DNA of 58,219 nucleotides. Origin: Psammoneis japonica. Taxonomy: Eukaryota. Positions 48,785 to 58,219 of this stretch are shown here, in pieces. Numbering within the stretch: position 1 is the first letter of the stretch; each line of letters starts with the position of its first letter. The position numbers and the translations under genes are program-made. Location of the stretch: the NCBI GenBank assembly GCA_008632985.1, contig QPGO01000095.1, positions 1 to 58,219 on the forward strand. Direction: 5' to 3'. The notes under the pieces were generated by a model, which saw only the letters and a list, made by a program, of their open reading frames with translations, ran no database searches and was not told the DNA's origin.

Positions 48785-49974
48785 ATGAGTGATATTGAGA
48801 ATGGACCGCTCGTCACGCAGGCTTATGTTTGCAACGCTCAAGGAGAAGATTTGGTGCTCCAAGACATTACCCTTCCATCGTTAAAACCGACGCAAGTCGA
48901 GATTGATATGATTTGCTCGGGTCTTTGTCGTACCGATATTCACATGAGAGGTATGCTATGGTATCGAGCATTGATCTTATGGGCATTCCAATCCTACTGT
49001 AATAACTTGTCGTCTTTTTTTCGGTCCCTCTAGACAATGATTGGGGCGTTGCGAACTATCCACTTGTGCTCGGCCATGAAGGCATTGGCATCGTTCGCAA
49101 AGTTGGATCGGTCGTGAGAACACTCACGTGGGCGACAAGGTTGGTGTTGCGTGGATTCGTGACTCGTGTCGCAATTGTATCCCTTGCATGCACGGCCGCG
49201 AGAACCTTTGCGAAGCAGGTTATCAAGGTCTCTATCTTGCTGCCGGGACTGGCTGCTGGGGAAAAGAACCGTACAATGAGCACGGTGGTTGCTTCTCCAA
49301 GGTGATGCGCATGGAAGAGCGCTTTGTTGTCAAGATTCCCTCCAACATTCCCGACGCCATTGCAGCGCCGCTCTTGTGTGCAGGAGCCACCGTCTTTGAG
49401 CCGGTAGTGGACTATGTCAACCCGGGTACTAAGGTTGCGATTGCGTCGATTGGAGGCCTTGGTACCAAAGCCGTCAAGTTTGCCGTGGCATTTGGTGGCA
49501 CCGTCACCGCTCTATCTCGAAGTGAAGACAAGCGAGACAAGTGCCTTGCTCTTGGAGCCAAGGACTTTTACGCGTGTCTTGGAGACGAGGCGAAAATGAA
49601 GGAGCTTGCTAACAAGTTTGATGTGATTATCGACACGTCTCCTGCAAACGCCGACATTAGCCTCTACATGGACATGCTCAAGTTTCACGGAACCTACTGT
49701 CGCGTTGGTGTGCCACCCGGAAAAGATCAGGAATTCAAGTATGGATTTATTCCTCTCATCTTTACTCAGAGAAAGATTGCCGGATCCGTAGTGACGGGGA
49801 CGGCTCGAATGAAGACCATGTTTGAGCTCGTGTCGTCCCATCCTGAAAAGTTCACTAAGGGATCCCGACGACTGGAACGTCAAGACGGTTCCCTACCATG
49901 AAGTTAATCAAGTCATGAAAGATTTGAAAAAAGGCAAGAACGCCGAAAACTACCGTTACGTGCTCGAGTGGTAG
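48785..49974 (+). CDS. Zn-dependent NADP alcohol dehydrogenase, cinnamyl alcohol dehydrogenase-like (intron 48951-49033; frameshifts)
   Basis: GLCRTDIH, YPLVLGHEG, structural Zn C-x2-C-x2-C-x7-C, APLLCAGATV, IGGLG, and C-terminal YRYVLEW*. Confidence 0.9.
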
Positions 49975-50545
49975 GAATCGAATGTTGTGTGGATAGGAAT
50001 CGAAGGGTGTGATGGAACTCCCTTCTGTTTCATGGCCCATGGTTTGTCTCCGCTTTAGAAGCAGTTCGTATGTGCACGTCATCTTTTCATTTGAATGTGG
50101 TAGTTAAGGGTATCTGTTGTCACCGCTTGAAGACTGGAACGGGGTGGTAACAAACAGAATCCCGCCTTAAGAATTCATAAGAGCCGTGATGATATATCTT
50201 ACAGAAATTATTAGAAAACTGCATTGTAACAGGAGAACCTTCGTTGCTCTAATTCCTGACCTGGATCGATTGGTGTGCTCGAAAGCGAAGTACCATCAAG
50301 TCATGATTTGAAGCAAGGAAACATTTAAAATACAAAAAAAGCAGCGGTCATGCTTCGATGGCCTAAGAACGATTGCAAGTTAAAAGTAGCTTACTCGCAA
50401 TTGACTAATGCACTTACCAAGTTTGAGCCTTTTCATTAGTCTAGGTACGATTTCGCTCCGGTGAAAGAAAAAAGCTATTCAAAGACATACGATTAAAACG
50501 ACTAAAATTTATCGCGATCCGATAGACCTGTTTTAGACCATGGAC

Positions 50546-52075
50546 AATTGGATGCGCTGATGTTGTGACTGCGTTGAAGATTCTACTTATCCATTTAGTA
50601 CATCTGGGTGCTGGAGTGTATGGATATTACGGTGTCGAGGCCTTGAACTCGGAAATCACGTTTGAGTCATCACCGCACTCTGCTCTTTGGGTGGTATGAA
50701 GTGAAAATTGTAGCTTCAACAGGTTTTCGCATCTATCTGGAACCCAGTCACACACCGACAAACACAAGTTTCGAGAGAGCTTCATGCTACTGTAATTTCT
50801 CGCTTACACAAGCTGTGCCGAGTCGTGCTACTCTCCGTGAACCGACGCGATAAAGACAAGACTTATACGCCGCAAAAGATGGGTGTCATACGTAAACTAA
50901 GCTATGTGAAGAATGTGCTGCCGTGAGTATGCAAAATGCATCCGAGAGAATATAAAAAGCACGCAATATGCAGGTTTCTCGAAGAGAAAGCACACTGATG
51001 TTTAGTCAGAATCATCCTCAACAATAGCCACAACTTTCCTCTCTTTAACATATCCAACTTCGAGAATATCCTCGATTCCCATGGCAATTTCCTTTAACGT
51101 CGAATCATACTGAGACGATTGACGGATAAGGCTCAGGACGTAAATGAGCTCTTGGCGGATTTCAGCGCGAAGTCTGCCCAATTCTTCTGCTGCCAGTACA
51201 TCAGAATGATCCATCACCCTCACATGCTGTGTTACGGCAAGACGAGCGCGATTCACAAACATGTTTACTAACAGACCAAAAATCGACTTCTTGTCTTCCG
51301 TTTCGCTCAAGACGTGCTTGTCACCCTTCACGAAGGCGACGGCCATCTCTTGAAGGTTGTCGTCCTTTGCAAGTAGATCAGCAAATGCACGGTCGGTCTC
51401 AACCCGCACTACCAACCCATAGTCACGTTCTTCATCGTAAATGTCACTGTTTGCAATACTTGCACCATCATATGTCCACATTGTGCAAATCGTTTTCCTT
51501 TGTTTCCTGTTTGTGTTGTCTCTGGTTTTGAGGCTTGTGTTCACTGTTCACGGTTCATTTTTGGGGGGTCGAATTTTCTTGTACAAATTTGTCGTGGAGT
51601 CTACAACCGTGCTTTGCCGTGTAATAAAGATGCTTCAACCGCCAACACGAGCTCCGAGCTCCAGGCTAGACTAGAAGTACATACCGTACCGGTATGGTAG
51701 ACTACCTCGTGTTGCAACGCTGCTCATAAACTTGAAATTGGATGCTCTGATGTTGGGACTGCTGCGTTCAAGCTTCCACTCATCCATTTTGTACATATGG
51801 GTGCTGGAGTGTTTTATGGCATTGCGAGGCCTTGATCTCGGAAATCACATTTTTTGAGTCATTCCCACACTCTCCTCTGAGGGGTATCGAGTGAAATTTG
51901 TAACATCATGTTCCTCTCCGTGAACCGACGCGATAAAGACAAGACTTATACGCCGCAAAAGATGGGTGTCATACGTAAACTTGCTATGTTACGAATATGC
52001 TGCCGTGAATGCAAAATGCATCCGAGAGAATACCAAAAGCACGAAATATCAAAAATATGCAGGTTGCTCGAAGAG
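50546..52075. repeat. Direct repeat pair 50546-50986 and 51736-52075 with a 68-bp identical core
   Basis: Core ctctccgtgaaccgacgcgataaagacaagacttatacgccgcaaaagatgggtgtcatacgtaaact is present in both; the second copy lacks about 100 bp internally. Confidence 0.9.
51002..51481 (-). CDS. Hypothetical acidic alpha-helical protein (~159 aa)
   Basis: Intact ORF from ATG 51481 (MWTYDGAS...) with protein-like composition; no motif recognised. Confidence 0.55.
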   Translation of the reverse strand: MWTYDGASIANSDIYDEERDYGLVVRVETDRAFADLLAKDDNLQEMAVAFVKGDKHVLSETEDKKSIFGLLVNMFVNRARLAVTQHVRVMDHSDVLAAEELGRLRAEIRQELIYVLSLIRQSSQYDSTLKEIAMGIEDILEVGYVKERKVVAIVEDDSD

Positions 52076-52283
52076 TCAACAAAATGAAACGATGCAGCTC
52101 GAAAGGATTTTCCAAGAATAGATTTCGATTCAGTATGCAATCATACAAGTAATGGATGAGAATCATGGACGGTGCGAAACCACATGCAATATAGAGCAAG
52201 AATATGGAAGATGGTGATGCCCGCATCTCTCACTTCTTGCATCACAGAGAGATGCACGAAGGTCTCAATCGGAGCTACCGAAA

Positions 52284-55200
52284 TCATGCTAGTATGGTTG
52301 GACAGAGATTGACGGGTCCCCGTGTGTCCGTACACTTTCCACCCTCAAAAAAGTCGCCAAGAGGAAGACCTTCACACTCGTTTCGGGTGGTTTCGCGGCA
52401 AAAACCGTTGCCGTGCCCCCCTTCGACTCCATAACAACAAGCTCCAGTCGGAGGACAAGCGCCGCCAGGGCACGGCCTATCATCCCCTAGGTAGAACCCG
52501 AGCTTGTTGTCGACACACTCGGCTTTTGTGGCAATCGAGCAGCCACCAAATCGTTCGCAGCAAGCCCCAGTGGGAGGTCTGCATGGGTCCTGGTCACAGT
52601 TTTCAAAAAGAAGCACGTTGCCGCCCACATTATTACATGCTGGTGTAGAGAGCATCTGGCAACCTGTAGACGTGCAGCAAGCGCTACGAGGGCATAGATT
52701 GGGTGGGACAATTTCGCAGGCAAAATCTCCCGCATACGATCCTCCCCTTCCTTCGCAATCTGCCTTTGACAAATCCACGCATCCAAACGTTGCTCCCACA
52801 GAATCTGGAAGGCAGCAAGCCCCAACAGGTCCACACGGGTCTATGTCACAGTTTTTAAAAAGGAGCACGTTGCCGCCCACACTATTACATGCTGGTGTAG
52901 AGAGCATCTGGCAACCTGTAGACGTGCAGCAAGCGGTGCGAGGGCATAGATTGGGTGGGCCGCAGTCAAAATCTTTCGCGTACGATCCTCCCCTTCCTTC
53001 GCAATCTGCCTTTGATAAATCCAAGCATCCAAACCTTGCTTCAACATCATCTGGAAGGCAGCAAGCCGCAGTTCCACACGGGTCTACGTCACAGTTCTCA
53101 AAAAGAAGCACGTTGCCGCCCACATTTTCACATGCTGGTGTAGAGAGCATCTGGCAACCTGTAGACGTGCAGCAAGCGCTACGAGGGCATAGATTGGGTG
53201 GGACAATTTCGCAGGCAAAATCTCCCGCATACGATCCTCCCCTTCCTTCGCAATCGTCCTTTGACAAATCAACGCATCCAAACGTCGCTCCAACATCATC
53301 TGGAAGACAGCAAGCTCCAGTCTCTTGTTCACAAATATTTGGGCGACATTGAGTGGTAGCTCCAAGGTATCTGCCTCCTATTTGTGTACACAGTGAACCA
53401 GATACCGTGGAACACCCTCCGCTGTGGCAACACGCACCTTCGGCTTTACAATAGTTCGGGTCGCATGGTATGTTCATTCCAAGGAAACTTCGCCCAAAGT
53501 TATTACAATCATCTTCCCTTTCGACGGAGCACGACCCGTCAGATCGACAGCACGCCCCAACAGGATGCCGAGGGCAGAAGTTCGGGTCGCATTTTACGTT
53601 GAGACCAAGATACTCGTGACGGTCCCCGGGCGAACTCGTGGCGATACAATTCTCTTCCGACGTCACCTGACAGCTTCCATCTCGTGAGGAGCAACAAGCT
53701 CCGGTGCGAGGAACTGCATTTTTATTTTTCAAGGCAAAATAGAAAACGTAAGGTGAGTTTACAATATTTCAAGCTGAAATCAAATTTGCTCTCTTACTTT
53801 CTACTCAAACTCAACTTACGAGGGCAAAAGTTTGGGTTGCACGGAACATGATTGCCGAGGTAATTTCGTCCTTCAGCGGAACATTGCTGTTTTGTTCGTT
53901 CATGACATGATCCGCTATCCGAACAACAAGCACCGAAAACAGGCTTGCAGGTGTTTGAGTGACATGGGATATCGTTTCCTAGGTAGTTTCTTGATAAGCT
54001 CCTACACTCTGCGTTTGACAGGACACTGCAGGTTCCTTCATCGCTACAACAAGCACCGGTGGTGGGAGATCTTGAGCAAATATCGCGAAGGCATTGCGAG
54101 CCAAATCCCTTGAAGACCCCTCCATTGATGCAACTTCTCTTCTTTTTGGGGGTGCATCTGAACACCCTTCCATTGCTGCACCCTTTTGAGCCGCACCTGT
54201 CCCGGATGCAGCATGCTCCGAACCTGGGACACGTCTGTTGGTTACAGGTCGTTCCAGGTCCCTTGAAAACACCCTTAAAAACATCCTTACAGTACGCTGG
54301 TTTTACTACAGCGCACGCACCCTTCTCGAGATCACAGCAAGCACCTGTGAGCAAGCCAATGCGTGGGCAAGTTTGTTGGCTGCTGCATGACGTGAAGGGG
54401 CCTTTGAAAACTCCCTTAAACACTTCCTCGCACCACTGCCGCCTTACAACGGTGCATCGCAAATTCTTTTCATCGCAGCATGCGCCTTCGATCGCATCGA
54501 GGTAGCTGCGTGGACAGGTCCTACGGTCACATGTCGTGAACGGACCTTTGAAATCTTCTTTGCAGAATTCTGCCTCGTCATGTGGCAATATGTCGGTCCA
54601 CAACATGCGCCTTCGATTAGGCCTATGCGTGGACAAGTTCTCTGCGAACACGTTGTACCGGATCCTTTGAACTCTCCGTTGCAATGCTCCTCCCGAACGA
54701 TGTAGCAATGCTCCTTGTCTGCTTGGCAGCATGCACCGCGGGGATCTTGGCAGCATCACTGGGGTCTGTCTATTGTCGATGTGATAAAAGTCGAAGCGGA
54801 ACGAACGGTTAGTAAGTGGAGGCAGCGTATGATATTTCACAAGGTACACTCACAGGTGTTTGCAGTTGCCGCTGAGATTCCTCTGATTTGGCCTCGTCGA
54901 CATCTCGCCTCACTCGTAGCTTTGTACCAGCAATCACAAGAATACACACATCAGAGGCGATTCGAGTAAGTGGCGGAAAAGCGATATAGAGAGTTGAAGC
55001 AGTGAGTAACTAGAGAAACAACCAACAACTCCACTGGTGTGTGATTTCCAGAAGCGACTTGCTTACGTTAGTGGACTCTTTGCCATCGTCCAGCCCTGGC
55101 ATGTGATCCAAGACATCGATGTCCGCATCAGATCCTACAGACGCCCGGAACAGCATAGTGAGTGCACGCGCATTTGAAATCCGGCAATATTTACTCGTCT

Positions 55201-55301
55201 CCTTCCAAACCCGACTACAGCCTGCTGAGACACTCACCTGCCGCCTTCGACACAACGAGAGCAAGAAAAAGAACGATTTGTTTCCTGATGATTATCTGCA
55301 T
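52284..55301 (-). CDS. Secreted cysteine-rich protein with about 18 (G/S/A/T)ACC repeats (at least 4 introns, frameshift)
   Basis: Signal peptide MQIIIRKQIVLFLALVVSKAAG. Introns 55237-55135 and 53819-53714, with further donors at 55066 and 54853. RQLQ pro-site. Repeat unit GACC-x(3-10)-C-x7-C-x3-GG-x-Y/F-x-G-x4-C-x4-C. Confidence 0.85.
52585..53320 (-). repeat. Three near-identical ~245-250-bp intragenic tandem units
   Basis: agcacgttgccgcccaca at 52612, 52864 and 53107; each unit encodes two Cys repeats. Confidence 0.9.
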
Positions 55302-55799
55302 CCTTCCGGTTTCATCTAAAACTCGTGAGCTTCCGCGTTTTTTGTGACATACAGTAAAAGACACGGAGAAGCAATCACCGCACGGGCAATGTGTTTTGTT
55401 GATTCGAGTGCGAATAGTGATCTCGTGTACAGTGGAGTAGATAGTACCTGACCTACTATTGAAATTTAAAGAGCAGATGTTGTTAAATGTTTTATAGTTG
55501 TTAAACGAATGATTCAATGACAAATTAGTGCTTAATGTTGAGATGACCTCATCGTTAATTAAAATAATCAATAAATGTTCGATTGAGTTAAGCATCCGCC
55601 TTGTCCATTGCTGGTGTCTTGATTTTCCCTCAATTAATGGAATTCAATCCGTCGTTATTTAAATCTCCTTAAATGTTATTTGCGTTAAACAGAGGATTCA
55701 TGCTGTACGGAAAGACAAAGAGTCGCGACATGAGATCGATCGATCACGAGGCAGGGTGAATGAACCGCGTTTCTTCTGCTCTCTGCTCTAGCTAGCCAG

Positions 55800-58219
55800 C
55801 AGTGACCATGTTGAACTTCCTGCTGAGTTGCAAGACAAGCAGTGAGCAACATCCTCGGTTTTTAGCACATGTCGTGTCTCTCGGTGGCTTCAGATTCTGG
55901 CTTCAAATGGCAGCCACCTCTCCAGTGTGCCTGCACTTTGCCAGTGCTCATCAGCATGGCAAAGTTGCCAACAGCCCTGTGAGCAGCAGCCCTGATTCCT
56001 GCAGAAAAAAGCACCCAGACATGCTGCTGTAGAAGTCGTGGCTTGCAGCAACAACAAAAACAAACGCAAGGGTGAGCCATCTTTTTGCAGCAAAAAGGAA
56101 GGAGTGTCCATGACGTGTTCCAGCCGTGCGTGAATGAAATCGTGCACAAAAACGACATTTTCCACGCAGAGCCACATTTTCGTGTGGTCGCTAACTTGCA
56201 AACAAACTTTCGAGTCCAAAAAAACATTTTTGTCAATTTTCGAATGTTTTGCAACACTGACAAGAGTCACGTCAGTGTTGCAAAACAGCCCGTTTCGTTG
56301 CATTGCCACTTTTTCGTTGCCTGAGTTGCATCGCAAGTCAACGGCTTTCTTTTGATCGAGTCGTTTTTATCTTTCTTTGAAAGAATGGACATGAAAATTA
56401 AAAACCGTTAATGCTTGTTCTCAGTTCCCTAATGTGTGAATGATTGTGCAGTTTGCAGATCAACACACAACATGCAAGCGCACTGGATGCCGCCGAAGGA
56501 TCGTTTTCGTTTTTCTCTTGAAGAATCCCACAACCACATGTACAAAGCACAGCCTTGCCATGGGACAAGAAGGTCCCGATGACACCCCTTTTGCAGTGAT
56601 TGATGCACTTTCAGTCGGCGCCTCACACTGTTTTGTTGTGAGGACTGTGTGCAGTGCTGCGCTCGCCACGGTTCATCCTCCACAGTTGCATCAGTTGATG
56701 GGCTCTATTTCTCACTTCTGTTTTCTTCTGTTTTCTGTTTCATGCCATCGATGCAAAAAGTAAGAACAGTCGTTGAGCATTTGCTTTTGCTGTTCCATTC
56801 ATTGCTTGTGCTGTCCTTGGTTCACACAGGAATGCCAAAACAGTGTGCAGGTGGCACATTCAGGGGCGTTTGGCGGTTTTGATGGGCTTGATCTATTCTC
56901 ACCCGTCGGTTCTCAGCATGTTCCATCCGCGGTGCCTGCAGGTGAGAACAGTCGTTGAGCATTTGCTTGTTCTCTTCCATTCATTGCTTGTGCTGTCCTT
57001 GGCTCACACAGGAATGCCAAAATAGTTTGCAGGTTTTACATTCAGGGGCTTTTGGCGGTTTTGACAGGCTTGATCTATTCTCACCCGTCGGTTCTCAGTG
57101 TGTTCCATCCGCGGTTCCTGCGGGTAAGAACAGTCGTTGAGCATTTGCTTTTGCTCTCCCACAATTGCTTGTGCTGTCCTTGGTTTGTACAGGAATGCCA
57201 AAGTGGTGTGCAGGTGGTACATTCAGGGGCGTTTGGCGGTTTTGATGGGCTTGATCTATTCTCACCCGTCGGTTCTCAGCATGTTCCATCTGCGGTGCCT
57301 ACGGGTGAGAATTGTCGTTGAGCATTTGCTTGTTCTCTTCCATTCATTGCTTGTGCTCTTTCCATTTCAAGTTCATCACAGAGTGTGAAGGTTGTGACAG
57401 TTGCTTCTAAATTGTTGGTCATGGTTGGACTCCTCGCTTTCGGAGTTACCGGTGCTGCTAGAAAGGCTGAGATTCTCCGCGATGCTGATGCCCTCCTCCT
57501 CGTCATGGTTGGAGTCACTGTTGTCATCATCATCTTCATTGTCTGCCTCTTCATGGTCGACCACTTCCCGGAGCGAAATTTCATCTGAGATTGTCTCGTG
57601 ATCTCGTTTGCTCACGTGTCTTGCACCGAGTCATCTGGCACGTGTTCGATCACAACTTCGTGGGAGCCTTGTTGTGCCATCGTCATCCTCTCGCAATGGA
57701 CCCATTTTTCCTGCTACAACACACTGGAGTCTCACCGTTGTTGTTTGCCCTTTTTCCTCTTGTGCAGGAGGCATTGTGTGCCAACGCTTGGCTCGTGGAA
57801 CTGGGGTCAGGCAAACCCCCTCAACTGCAAGATCTCCTTTTCGAACTCCATCACGATCCTCCTGAACTGTAAAAGGCTCACCCTTCCATTGCAGAACATG
57901 GCAACCATCAGTGGCAGGATCATCTGTCGAGACCGCCCCGCATCCGCCAGGGTGAATCAGGTCCGCCATTGTCTCCGTCATGCCGGCGAGAACACTTGAC
58001 TTCACCACCTCGTCCTCTTCCGCATCATGATCCTTGCCGTCCACCAAGGTGATGATTCGCCAGTCATTGAGAGACCCAAAGAGGGCACAGCAGTGGCAGT
58101 CTGTCGTTGCTGCATGCCTTGGTTGCTCTTCGGGAGGAACTCCAGGAGTCCACGGAAGTCGAAGCTTAGCCATGCATGGTCCACATGCACACGGGATACG
58201 GCGAACAGCGATTTTTCCT
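55800..58219 (-). mobile_element. TpA-depleted transposon-like element (runs off the window end)
   Basis: TA nearly absent. Contains the 182-bp tandem array and a Tyr-free ORF (57631 to the window end; RRIPCACGPC...PWTPG...QPRH) followed by an acidic tail ORF. Confidence 0.6.
56761..57357. repeat. Tandem repeat, ~182-bp unit, about 3.3 copies
   Basis: t(a/g)agaa..gtcgttgagcatttgctt begins at 56761, 56943, 57125 and 57306. Confidence 0.93.

Noticed and set aside
52504..53352. 282-aa plus-strand repetitive ORF
   Set aside because: Antisense shadow of the GACC-repeat gene.
55425..55710. AT-rich patch as a MITE
   Set aside because: Candidate ends (tacagt... and ...gctgta) do not extend into convincing terminal inverted repeats.
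56761..57357. CRISPR-like array
   Set aside because: Whole 182-bp units repeat with no unique spacers, no cas genes, and the context is eukaryotic.

Overview
Eukaryotic nuclear DNA, most likely from a diatom. Evidence: short GT-AG introns, ASAFAP-like bipartite plastid presequences (ACA-FVP, SLS-FVP) and a diatom-type Pro/Thr linker plus Cys-rich tail. About 20 host genes are recognisable: a FYVE protein, a DUF2306-like membrane protein, a GH20 hexosaminidase, a lysyl-endopeptidase-like protease, two SAM methyltransferases plus a third pseudogene copy, a PAP2 phosphatase, a GT11-like fucosyltransferase, a beta carbonic anhydrase, SufS, an LRR-ROC-COR-Kelch-TIR protein, a myristoylated vWA protein, an OB-fold/methyltransferase, a CAD-like alcohol dehydrogenase, a GACC-repeat secreted protein and an atypical tRNA. 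Many genes carry single-base frameshifts, probably long-read assembly errors. The most striking signal is that six sharply bounded, repeat/transposon-like blocks (roughly a third of the window) have almost no TpA dinucleotides. Internal alignments (paralogue versus pseudogene, tandem repeat units, a mutated splice donor) show directional TpA->TpG/CpA changes, with CpG decay added in some blocks. This points to a repeat-targeted hypermutation process running opposite to fungal RIP; the mechanism is inference only.
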